DNA from: Curvularia clavata
Taxonomy: Eukaryota
DNA: 64,000 bases
Assembly (NCBI GenBank): GCA_023920165.1
Contig: CP089278.1
Span: 1,178,001 to 1,242,000, forward strand
Direction of reading: 5' to 3'
This document shows positions 35,826 to 48,279 of this stretch, piece after piece. Position 1 is the stretch's first letter. Each line of letters opens with the position of its first letter. A program made the position numbers and the translations under genes. The notes below the pieces were generated by a model. The model ran no database searches. It saw nothing but the letters and a program-made list of their open reading frames with translations, and was not told where the DNA came from.

Positions 35826-38048
35826 AGTGGTTTCGTATGAGAATCAAAGGCGCAGCTCCAACGTGATTCCTGACATGTGCTTGTCTCACTCTGTGTCTCT
35901 GTTTCGCCACGCTGTCATCAGCAACTACGCCTTCAAGCAATGTCGTCATTTCCTAGTATTTTCGTAGACATGGTACTAATAATAACGTCGTTTTGATAAC
36001 GGGCCGGATACTGGCAAAAGGCAGATTTTGCACCTAGGTGTCGTACGACCACGTAGTTCCAAGGCGGCCTGAAGCCCAAGAATTAAAAAAAAATGGCCGG
36101 GTTGAAGAACGCCTATCTGCACGAGCAATATCAAGGTGGCCAGGTAGAAGGCGAATTTAGGCCAGAGAAGATCCAGCGTGAAGGAAGCGAGGCTGAAAGA
36201 GGGTTAAATTGTTTCGAAACGGGTTGCACGGCCGTGGCAGCTTGGGGGATCCGCTCTGCATGCAGAGAGAACGGCTGGTCTTAGTGCTGGTCAATGATGG
36301 GAATTTGGATGGAGATATGCATCGAAGAGGATAAATTTAGTCTTGACATGGTAGAATGAGCCCATGAGGTCGCGCACATGTTGTCATCAGCAGTCTTAGT
36401 GCTACCCCACGATGCATCCAGCAACGGGAGGCCAAAAATAACCTTGCAGCAAGCGAGTGAGAAACGAAACCAAACTATCGCAAGACAGCTAGTGTACCGA
36501 CGACATGCAGATAGAGGGCCTTCCTTGATGGGAGGGGGCGAAGCGGTCCGGGGACTAAGGAGCAGACGTGGTGCCCGGTTGTGCAGTGCAGGCTCTTCTG
36601 ATAGGCGCAGTGTGCGGCTTTGGGGCCACGACGCAGCCGGCCTCACATGACCTAGGCAGCGGCATTGACGACGCTTACAGAGCCAAGGCGCGAGACGTGA
36701 TGGATGGACAGCAGTCAGGTTGCTGATGGTGATGCTGATGGTGGATTGCGTACACATGAGAGGGGCCAGCAGCTTCATGTCGCTCTTCCTTTGTTGTTTC
36801 TGTAGCTGTTCGTCTAGAAACTGCCGGACAGACAGACAGACGAGTGGCGTTTGACTGGCGTGTGGCACCTCGCAGCGGACCGTCTGGCCTGGTTGAGTGT
36901 ACGAGTTGAGCAGACTCGAGAGCGAGGGCGGCAGCGGATTGGATTCAGGCTAGGGTGGGCCGCTATTAGAGTGGGGCGGCGCCTTCTCAGGTCTTGGGAG
37001 CTCCTTCCCGCGGCGATTGGTGGGCAGGAGCTGACTGCGCGCTTCCCGCAAGCTTAACCGGCTTAGCGCGCCTCTCGTCTCATGCAGCGTCCTTGGGCCG
37101 TCCAGCCACTCAGCGACGACAACCGCCGTGTTGCATTTTGAGGGCGTCAAACGTCTCCCAATTATTGGACATGAGCAAATTCCATGGCCTGCCTTTTCTG
37201 CACCAGCTCCCTGGGCACAATTCGCTCCCGAGAGCACGCGGGCGCCGTCCAAGCCATGGCCTGTCCCTCGGTGCTTCCTCGACGACTGAACGGCTGCCGC
37301 CCTCTTGACTTGTCGACACAAGACGAAAGCATAGGTACATGCATCGCCGCAGCCTCTGACCCATCTGACGTCGGCAAAAAAAAAAGAAGAGAAGGGAGAT
37401 AGCAAGCGTGATATAGCCAGAGAGCGTTGCATATTGCCACGCTGACGAGCAGCATAAGCACCAGACAGCCCGGTCGCTTCTGTCCATAAACCAAGCTCCT
37501 GGCCCTGCACTCTTCGAGTCTGGACGGGCGCCGTTTGTACATCCTCTATCGACTTCTCCCGGGCGTCTATTTCTGGGCCACCACTCCCCTCCTCGATCTG
37601 CGCGCCATTGGCATCCACCTCGTCTCCCAGCCCGGCCTATCACACGGGGACCTGCAGTCGTGCCAGCACCCTCCCTCTCTAGCCGCCATACATACATTTA
37701 GAACGTTGTAAGTACCCGCCCGCTTTCCCTTCTCTGCTCTCCCCACCTGCTACCATCCGTGCTCCCCACGATCCAATCCTCGACCCTTCTTGCTTTCCAA
37801 GCGCCCCGAGTCTAAAAGCCCAGCGCTTCGCCCTCTTGCCACGCCTCTTCCTTTTCTCCAGCAGGTCTCTTATTGTAATTCGTCGTGCTTCTTCTATCTA
37901 CCGTCCCCCCGTAGCCTGTCGCGACTTGTCTTAGCTGGGCTGGATCATAGTCGTCGACGTTGTTGCACTGGACTTTTCTTTCCTTTCTCTTCGTCTCCAC
38001 TTGATGCAATCCCCCATTTCCCTCGAGTAAACCTCGGATATTCCTAGC

Positions 38049-39667
38049 ATGGCCGCCAACGACAAGAAGCTTACTCACATTACGATTGAAAGACGAAGTT
38101 CCAAAGACTCTCTCGACGTCAGGACGCCACGCGCAGCACGCTTCGCAGAAGCAACTTCAGTTCACTCGCCTATTGACCCTCCCCGGTCACCAGTCGAGTA
38201 CCCAACAAACCACTACAAGCCTCAACCCCAGATCTCAGACACAGGCTTCGGCTATATGCAATCAGTCGAGATGGAGGAAACCGACCGAAGATACCTCCCT
38301 CCACCCACGCCAAAGACGCCACTCAAGAGCGCCTTGAAGTCGCCCGGTGCTCCTCCACGAACTCCAGGTGGCGCCATGTCCATCATGAGCCCTACCTTTA
38401 GGGAAGAGCATCAGCTCGAGAAGCGCGAGGCCATGACCGAGAAGGAGCAAGCAAAGGACCTGGTACGTTGTCAATGTCGCCACCTTCACCACGTGCAGTT
38501 GCTAACACCAGCCAGAAAATCAAAGTGCGCGTCAGGTTAGCAAAGATCTTCCTCCGAGGCGTCAACTTTGCCTGCTCTCTTATTGTTCTCTCCATGGTTG
38601 CAACCGCCTTTTCCATCTTCAACGCTACCAAGACCCTGGCACCTCGTAACGGTCTTCCTCCATGGGCTGACAACACCAAAGTCTGGCCCCAGATTCTCCT
38701 GCTAACCATCGCTTGCATCTCTCTGGTCATGTCCATCGTTGTCATCATCGCCTACTGGAGAGGAGGTCACCATCGAGCAGAAAAAGTGGCTGCCTACTAC
38801 ACCGTCTTCGCCGTCGCATTCTTCATCTTCAGCATTGTCATGTGGGGTGTAGGAGCAGCTGTTTTCAACCAAAGCAAAGCACAGAACAACAACAAAGATA
38901 TGTGGGGTTGGTCTTGCGTTGACAACCGACGACGACATCTCTTTGAGGATGACATTTCCTATGCCCTCGTCTGCCGTCTTCAAGTAAGTGTTTCCTGCAT
39001 TTTCCTTTGCGAATCAATTCTAACGACATATCAGAACTGGGCACTTGTCTGCTGCATCATTGAAGTCGTCATCGAGGTCCTTGTCATTGCCATCTACGGT
39101 ATTGTCTTCTACCGCTTCTGGTCCAAGCGCAAGCTCCGCAAGTCCATGGCTATGCGTGACCGCGCCCGATCTGATCTCTACCTTGCTCAGCTCCGCTCAC
39201 AGTCAGCTCCCAACACTCCTGGTTTCGGTCCCATGTCTCCTCGCTCCGGCGGCTGGCGCCCACCACCAGGCCACCCAATGTACGTCGACCCGCACTCTGC
39301 GGCTGAAAACGGCGAGAACGACAAGGTGCAATACGCATACGCACGTGAAATCGCCCAGCCTCAGCCCTTCACTCTCCAGGCACCGCCTATCAAGGTCACT
39401 GGTGCGACACCCAAGGTCGAGCAAGATGGCTTTGAGTCGGCACCCGCTCGCGCAAATACCGTTTCGCCACCCCTTCCATCGCCAGCATTCCAAGAAAGAG
39501 TAAACGACCACGTTGGTGCTGCGCCAGGCGAACAGCAATACGCTGCTGTGCCTATTCCTGGTGCATACACCCCGCTAGCATCACCCTCATACCCACCGCC
39601 ACAGCAACAGCAGCAGCAAGCGCCTGCTGGCTTCGACTTTGGCCCAACCGTCACTGGCCACCAATAA
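38049..39667 (+). CDS. Four-TM MARVEL-like membrane protein, HAM-8 (hyphal anastomosis)-like
   Basis: TPRAARFAEATSV, MSPTFREE, KDL-intron-KIKVRVRLAKIFLRGVNFACSL, four hydrophobic segments, DMWGWSC and RDRARSDLYLAQLRSQSAPNTPG. Two introns. Family name is from recall only. Confidence 0.7.
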
Positions 39668-41169
39668 GCAACCTGCTGTGGGCATTGTGATTTAGCGCGC
39701 ATCATCATCGTTTTTCTCTTCTCCTCCGGATATCTGCAGATTGGGCCATATACCGCATGGAGTGGCGCATGGTTTGGGCGATGTTCTGGAAACATGTATT
39801 TTTTCTCTCAACTTACGAGCAGCCGGCTTGGGGCCGTGGCTTGTTTTTTATTTCCTTTGTTGGTCTAACTACTATCGCTAACCTGTCGATATGGTGTTTG
39901 TTCTTTTCTACGGGATGGAAATTGCGGATGAATTATTTATCGCTTGATACCTTGTTTTTGAGCAAAAACTGAACTCCTACTTATTACTATCACCACCACT
40001 ACCACACTTCTCTCGCTCGCTGCATAGTTTGTCTTTCTTGATGAAAGGGACGATATACATGGATATGATACATTCAAACATTGTAGAGAAATGGAAATTG
40101 GAAATTTGTTTCTCTAAACTTGGGAATTGCTGTATCAACCATTCTACCCAGTCTCGTACTTGCACATGCAAATCACGTCGCCATCGCGCCACCAGCTAGG
40201 TCCTAACAGCCTCAAGTATATTACGCGTCCCATGAGTCAAGACAGCATGCTATCTTAGACCCACATGGCACTTGAAATAGTGGCACGTGCGGCGTCTCGC
40301 CAGTCGCAGCGCCACACAGCCAGCAACTTGTTACTTTGACAACCCTGGTTTGCGTCTCTGCTTGACGTCTTGACGCACATGTCATGGGCCGCAGAAAAGG
40401 TCGCTCTCAATCCATGCAGCTGTTTGAATATGTGTGTGTATGCCAAAATACCGCTGTAAAAGGGTGAGTAGCCGCCGTGCGTGTGATGAGAGTGTGATAT
40501 TAGCTAGGCGCGCGGAATCCTGAGGCTTTAAGTTTACAGTATCGCATGAGATTTGAGAGTAATAGATTGATTGTGCTGCTTTGGTGCTGTGGCTGTTTTC
40601 TCACGAATCCGATATTTCACTCTCGCACACGCAAATGCAAATGCATTGGATTTTCTCATTCTTGGGCTCGTAGACCAGGCTGCTAGCCTCGTTGATGATG
40701 TCTCTCCAAAAAGCGACAAGACCCTGCATCTTGCTGCATGTGGAGCGTATCAGAGCCTTGAGCTCACTAGCGTCTGAGGCTAGCAAGGGCGGCAACCAAG
40801 ACTCGGGCGGCAGACTGGTGGTTTTTTCATTTTGGACACTTGATTAAATTATTATGTTGTCATGAGCTGAGCCTCTTCCCTCTTGCATTCAGTGCTTTCA
40901 AATCCTAACCTCAAGTGTGGTGAATTATTGCCTTGGCAAAGAAGCTCAGGTGGAAGTGACCGAACAAAAAAGGGTGTTGTACAGGGTACCAGGGTGAGGA
41001 GAAATAAGTCCTTTCGAGAGCATGTTTTCAGCCCAGGTGTACTGCCATAAGGCTGTTTTGAGGGCTAGCAGATGTCATTTACCGGGTAGGCAAGTATGTT
41101 TTTATAAGAGATGTTGTGACAAAGATATCAAAGGAAATGCCCAATTTTGAAATGTATAACGGCGTGTAA

Positions 41170-42950
41170 TTAGCCATTTAATGACGCTTCCATAACGACC
41201 GTCTTTAACTGAAACCAGTCACGATAGCCCTCGAGCCCGTTTTCTGCGTTTTGACCGCTTTCTGCGTCACGTTAGTGTGGTATTAGTACGAGTGAGAGTG
41301 AGCGTGAAACCTACGCTTCCAGCCCCCAAAAGGGATATCGTTACTAACAGGCATCGAGTTTATGCCTACCGATCCCGCTTCAAGTCTGTTTGCGAGCTGA
41401 AGCGCAATCCCGATATCTTTGGTGCACACGAAGGCTCCAAGACCGTACTCCGAATCGTTGGCAAGCTCAATGACCTTCTCAGTGTCATTGAATGCGCAGA
41501 TAACGAGCACAGGCCCAAAAATCTCCTCACGTAGAATCTTGGCTGTGGGCAGAGGATTCGTGAAGATGGTTGGGCCTATGTAAGGGTCACTAGGGTCTTC
41601 GGGGCAGCCGTCAACAATCATGGTCGCCTCTTTCTTTGACATCTCGATATATGAGCGCACAATGTCCCTCTGCCGAGCGTGAAACAAAGGCATACTGAAG
41701 GTCTTCTCGAGCAGAGGATCTGACCGCATGTTTTCGTGATACGATTGGGCAACCGCCTTGACGCGAGATAGAACATCGTCGAAGATAGACTCATGTATAT
41801 ATGCGCGGGTAGGAAGAGCGCCGCCCTGGCCGTTCAGCGTCAAAAAATAGGTACACATTTGCGCAGCCTTATCCAAGTCGGCGTCCGGAAACACAATGAC
41901 TGGGCTTTTGCCACCCAGTTCAAGCGTGACGCTTTTCAGATTGGACTTTGCAGCAGCGATCTGAACTTGCTTCCCAACAGCAATGCCACCGGTGAAACTG
42001 ATTTTGCGTATTTTCATATGTGATGATAAGGCGTGGCCTGATTCAACGTGGCCGGTGATGCAGTTGACAACGCCAGGGGGAATTCCCGCTTCGATGGCTA
42101 GCTCCGCGAGGCGAAGGCAGCTGAAGGGATTGGTGTCACTAGTTTTCAAGATGATGACATTCCCGGCTGCAAGCGCAGGACTAAGCTTCATTCCGGCGCA
42201 CATGAGAGGTCCGTTGAAAGGTAAGATCGCAGCGCACACTCCGTACGGCTGGGGGTAGGTGTACTGTATCAGATGATTAATGCCAGAATCTTACAAAAGT
42301 CTAGCTGCAAGAACACAGCGACAGACTAGTAGAATGTGTACGTCACCTTGAGTGTTTTGTCATCGAAAGAAGCCGTTTCTCCAGGAAACTTATCCATCAA
42401 CGTTGCATAGTCTTGACCGGATGTTAGTACAAAGAATCATCGAACTGCTTTTGACTGTTTGCTTACATTCAATGGTATTAAAAACGGCGTTCAACTCGAA
42501 CCTACCGAACCCGCTGGCCTTGCCAACCAGTATACTCTCAAGCCAATTCAACTCATCCGTATGTTCTCTCACAAGCTTCGCGAAGTTGAGGAGCAGACTC
42601 TTTTTTTGCACCTAGATCGCGGAAGGTTTTAGTAAAACGACAGCTGCGTCGACGTATCTCGCTGGAACCATACTTTACTTGTTGCTTGCCAGGCTTCCAG
42701 TCCCTTCGTGGCAGATTCTACAGCAGCATCGACGTCTTCCGCATTTGCCCATTGAACATCTTTGACATCGCCATTAGTCTCTAGGCGAAGTTAGCGCACT
42801 GGACTGCTATATCTTACCTTTGCAAATGGATTGACCAGAAACGATTGAGGTGAACTCTCGTATCTTCCCCCCTTTGCTGTCTACCCATTTTCCATGAATG
42901 AACAGCTTGTTTGGAATAGGGTATCGGTTTAGATCAAACTTTGTAGACAT
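41170..42950 (-). CDS. Aldehyde dehydrogenase-family protein with Gly at the catalytic Cys position
   Basis: Splices into one frame: KLFIHGKW, PYGVCAAILPFNGP, KISFTGG, TLELGGKSP, NGQGG, EEIFGPV, PFGGWKQSG. ATG 42950, TAA 41172-41170. Five introns, one with a weak GTGACG donor. Confidence 0.8.
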
Positions 42951-44239
42951 ATTGGAATTGACTGTATAATTTGTGGCAGTGTTACTGTGAATATTCTGAT
43001 CAGGGAATGAGATTCGAGAATGTAGAGCCAAAAGCTGGAGTTACACTTTTGATTGCAAGTTGAAGCTTTGCTTTATAAGTTTTTTCCAATAGACACTAGC
43101 CATCACTTTTCAAGTTGTGAAACATTACCAGAAAGTAACCTTGGATGTTGGTTCGTCACACACGGAACCATGTAACTCGCATAGGGCGGACTCGCTTAAC
43201 ACCATATGATTAGTGAACATCTGGCATCCGAAAGTTTATTATACCCCGGAGGCACGGATACTGGCTACTACTGCTACCGTCAACCGACAACCAACTAGGA
43301 CCATCGCACTAGTATCTAATCCGTTAATCCAGGAATTCTCGACCTCCATCCTCTCACTGAAGCTATTCGATGACCCAGGAAACACCATGACTGTGAGAAG
43401 TCTGATAGCAGCGAACAATGAGTGAGGAAAGTCTAAGATTGACTCATGTCCATCTAGGGCTCACAGCTATTTATATTTATATAGGCAAGTAATACATTTC
43501 TATGGGACGCCTTCTCAACGCTCTTCCTCCACTATGGGTGTATAATGACGGGTTGAGTAATCAGTCCACGGGTCCCTTATATCCAGTGGCCCACCAGTGC
43601 GCCGATATCGCGGCACTGTCAAGGGGCCGCGCCCTTACAACAACCCACGGAATGGTCGCTGCCATGCCATGAATGCCACGCCTTCGCCTGGTCGGCTTTG
43701 GGTATCGCTAAAATCCGAAAGTGAAAAGATGTTTGGGATTCGGACGAAAAAGTATCCGTACCAGTGCTGGGTTCCCACAGCCTTTCTAACCGCAATCGGT
43801 AATATTCGCTTCGTCCGTAGATCTGGGAAACATACCATCTGCCTGGAGAGCAGGTTGGCTGATCATGGGAAACAAGTCTGACCATTCTTCAAACGCTTTG
43901 CGAAAGAAATCTCAAGCAAGGATCAATGTCAATGAAATTGGTATAGCTGACCGGCTACAGTGCAGCCCGAAGCGTCCATGCTTAATTAGTAGTTATATGG
44001 AAATTCTTTTCCCGCCGAAAGCTATGAGAGACTCTACTTAACCTTGAAATTAGACCAGAGGTACCCTCATTGTCTTATGTGTAGGTTTTACACTGATCTT
44101 GAATTGAAGATGCTTTACCGTGGAAGCTGGTTCACATTATTACCATCTCTTACCAAACTCGAGACATCATCCTACATTTTTCCAAGATCGTAGTTCGAAT
44201 TATCAACTTCAGCACCTCTAGAATATAAACAAGGATATC

Positions 44240-45135
44240 ATGGCTTCAATCAACACCGGCATGCGTCCGCCTGGACGTGTCTTCAGCGTTACTGGAGGTG
44301 CCTCTGGTATGGGCTTTACGACAGCATCTCTGCTCGGTGAACATGGTGCGAAAGCTATTTTGGATTGCCGATCGGCAAACAAAGCTATCCGACATAGTCC
44401 ATGCAAAACGTTCAACAATCAATCCGTCCGTTGAAGTCCAGCTGGACAATGTTGACGTCAGTAATTCTTTTGAAGTCGATATATAGGTGGATGGGATTAC
44501 CACTAAGCATAGAGTTCTCCACAGCGCTGCAAACATTGCAGGAGTTGCAAAATCGGCTCTCAGAGGGGACAGGTTAGAGCCAGCGCTTCTGCATGAGACC
44601 AATGCAAAATGGCGTCAAATCTACTCGGTCAACTTGGACGGTGTGATGTATTGTACACGCGCCCAATTCCGAGTCATGTATCAAAAGCCTGAGAGCAATC
44701 CATCTATCGTGAATGTCTCAAGCATGGCAGCACTCATACATGGCGGCCACGCCTACTCCTACGGTACAAGCAAAGCGGGTGCTGGGCATTTCATGCGCAA
44801 TGCCGCCGCGGATGGGATCTAGTATGGAATACGAGTCAATTGTGTTCTTCCAAGTATGTCCACGAAAAACGTGTCGCCAATGAGTCAAGAGCGCCAATTT
44901 GTAACTCTCTTTATGCTTCAGGGCAAACAAAAACGCCCATGTTGAAACAATGTTTCGAAGGAGCTTCTGAGGAAATGAAGCAAATGTTGGCGCAGATTGG
45001 TCTTTCATAAGCTATAGAAGCTTCAGGTATTGCGCAAAGTGTTGTCTGGCTGCTAAGTGAGAACTCTTCCAAGGTGCATGGTATCAGCCTTCCGGTGGGA
45101 GCGGGCGCTCCGTACATAGTCTCACCTCTATAATA
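44240..45135 (+). pseudogene. Short-chain dehydrogenase/reductase pseudogene
   Basis: VTGGASGMG, ANIAGV, VNLDG, IVNVSS, YGTSK, GIRVNCVLP and WLLSENSS are spread over several frames. Frameshifts near 44360 and 44400; in-frame stops TAG 44484, TAG 44820 and TAA 45008. Confidence 0.85.
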
Positions 45136-45674
45136 CAATGAAATCATGGCCTTGTGTTTGAGTTTGTTACAAAATTGCAAATTCTTTGCTTGGTTAATCA
45201 AGTAAATTCTTCAAAATCATAGAGTTATTTATTTATTTTTTGCCCTTAACCTTCTGGATACTTATGTCTGTGAATGTTGGTCCTGACTATTTTAGCGGGG
45301 CTGTTGCACTAGGAGGCTTTTTCACAGTGGACAAGGTTGGAAAATAGTGGCCCTAATAGCGATGTAAAATCACCATATGCTATCACTTCTTTACATAGCT
45401 GAATACTCTAGATTAACGCATCCAGTCAGTGTACCTAGTTTGTTATATTTGTATCTCGCTTAGGTGATAGATCGCTATTTTGATTCTCCGGGTTCACCGG
45501 TTGTACACGAGAAGGATCTCAGTGTCTTAGATACCCCTCACCTGCCTGCTACTACATTAACCGGCCGCACCTCTGTGGTTGCGATGTCTCGTCGCGAGAC
45601 GAGCAACGTTCCAAACAGTCATATTAGCGTATCGATCTATTATAAACATCCCGCAGCTAGTACATTTGTTTGCA

Positions 45675-47619
45675 ATGGTAGATCCGTTGTCCGTTCTTGG
45701 TGCTGCGGTTGGTGTGACGTCTTTGATTATCCAACTCGCGGATGAGTGTGTGAAAGGTTTCAATACCTTCAAGCATGTAGAACTTTAGCTAATTCATTAT
45801 AGGCTACAAAACCTATAGCGAAGCAGCAAATTTACCACAAAGTCACCGTTACCTGCTTGTGCGCCTTCACATCGAGCAACAGCGCTTCCTCAACTTTGCA
45901 CTAGAAGCTGGCGTATTGAATAAAGACGGTGTTATTTGCAGCGCCCTTCAGGTCAACCGCTCCTTGCTGTTGGCTGTCCTTGCTGAAATCAAGGCCTTGT
46001 TCGAGAACTTTGCGATAGCCAACGGCAAATACGAGAATATTGTAGAGAAGAGTGACATCGATTGGAACGACCATTCGGAGCCAGAGAATACCCTTATGAG
46101 TCTTCTATGTATAACGGCGAACGACCATGTTCAGTCGAAGATGGCGAAACCTACAAGCAGGAGGACAGAGGCTGCTGGTCGTATTCGTGGACTAGGGAAA
46201 AGCATGACCGAAACAGCTCAGAACTTGCGGACCATCGTAGTGGAGCCTAAGCGCCTAGTTTGGGCGGCCTTGGATAAAAATTCATTCGAAACCTTCATTT
46301 CGAAAATTGGAAACCTGAATTCGTTCCTTGTCACATTGCTAGACAGCTTGCAACTCCGCAGGTTACGGGATTCAATGAATACGACCTACCTAGAGATACT
46401 ACAACTTCGCAACGATGTTGTTGATCTTACAGCTCTTGTCAAGGCGCTGTCTCCATCAGCAGAACAACAACTTCTGGGAGCTGATCAGACGAGTAATGCG
46501 TTGTCTCAAGCAGTTGCAGAGGAGCAAGCAATACAGGACAAGAAGAAAACCTACCTTAAACGCCTGGCTGAAGTAAAGATTCAGCTCACCGAAATGAACG
46601 ATTTAGACCACACAGCAGCTGTGTCGGGCTTGAGCCAGTTATTTGATACGCAACTCCCACTAAACGACTTCCAGTTCGAGGAAGATATACGTGAGTCCGA
46701 GAATTTACAACAACGAACACGGGCGATTTATCGTGGTAGAAGCGCCTGGATAGAGTGGAAGGACGTCTCAGCTGGCAGTGCGCTTTCCCCTGATGACGTG
46801 CAGATTCAGTATCGGATGGGCCTCTTAACAAATCTCCTACGCTCTGTCAAGCCCGACGGCTTTAGGGCAGCGCCATGCCTGGGGTATGTTAAAATCACAG
46901 ACGCAGAGAACGTGATCCATTTTGGTGTCGTGTTTGAAGGGCCATCAGCTGCTGAGTCCAAGATTACCAATCTTCGAGAGCTGCTAGGACAAATGCCGAA
47001 ACCATCACTCAGCGCGCGTATGGCGCTTTGCGCAGCACTTGCTCGCTGCGTACACAGCCTCCATGCAGTGAACTGGTTGCACAAAGCCATACGATCAGAT
47101 AACATTGTCTTCTTTTCCTCGTCCTCGTCTCCTCATCTCGATGCACCATATGTCTCTGGATTTGAACTTTCCCGTCCAAGCATCATGGACGAATGGTCCG
47201 AGAAACCTGGATTCGAACCTGCCAAAGACATCTACCGTCACCCGTACGCGCAGTCCAATCAAACGGATGGTAGCTATCGCAAATCATACGATATGTACAG
47301 CCTAGGTGTCGTGATGACTGAGATTGCGCTCTGGAAGCCTATTGAGGAGGTAATAGGAATAGAGAACCTCGTAAAGGCTAAGCCTTCGACACTTCGAAGA
47401 ATACAGCCCAGACTTTTAAAGAAACCATCAAAGGGGAGTGCTGGATCTTGTTTGCAACGGATTGCTTCTGCATGTGGTGATTCGCTATGCGGCATTGTTG
47501 AGTGCTACCTGGATCAGGATACTGAACCTATGCCCGAATCAGATACTCCGTTGAAGCAACAGAAGCTTACGGAGCTGGATCTTGTAGAGAAATTAGAATA
47601 TATCTCTGAAGCAATATAA
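45675..47619 (+). CDS. HeLo (prion-inhibition and propagation) domain + pseudokinase protein, MLKL-like architecture
   Basis: ATG 45675, MVDPLSVLGAAVGVTSLIIQLADECVK, intron 45757-45802, GYKTYSEA...LVRLHIEQQRFLNF, then KRLVWAALDKNSFETFISKIGNLNSFL (HeLo end). Kinase fold: WIEWK, CLGY, LHAVNWLHKAIRSDNIVF, SGFELSR, YRHP, YDMYSLGVVMTEIALW. Confidence 0.88.
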
Positions 47620-48279
47620 TTACCGCGACGAGGTTTCTGAAGACCCGTGCAGTCGTTGCCGTAGTATCTTGTATAACATATAGTTGGGACCACCTGTAAT
47701 TTTCAAGATCGATCTTTCTTAGCAAATCAAGACTACCTACAGGGCTGTACCTTGCTAGCGGAATCATAGTGGGGTTGCACTGGTCCGTATCTGGCACATA
47801 GTCTACATTGGCCTTCGGCAAGACACGCTATGTAGTTCCATAAACAGTTTTTGGTTGTATAAGCTGGCGCTGATGAGGCTGCCCGTTATATCCGTGGGCA
47901 TCCTTCGGCAATGAGGCCTCGCTGCGAACCAAAACGATGTTCCCTGCAGGGCTGTCAGCATAGCCCACTAGCTGACCTGAAGGTTGGGGGCGGAGACATT
48001 CTGCATTGGTATACACCACGCGCAGCTGCCAGCCCTAACAACACCACATCCATTGCTGCCAGCGCAATCAACACTACAATCAGCACCAGAGTCTCATACG
48101 AGACGAACATTTGTGTTCATATCTTCATGCCCTCCTACTAGGTTACGTTTGTTCCTGCGACTGTCGCCGCCCTCCGGGCCGATGATAGATGCCTAGATAT
48201 ATCGACAACTCGTGCCTTCCTATGACCGACAAAAACGAAAGCCTCGAACTACACTTACCCTACACAGCGGTCGCGTGTG

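Noticed and set aside
36281..37697. ORFs of 195-222 aa upstream of the HAM-8-like gene
   Set aside because: They run through poly-A/T tracts and show no domain features.
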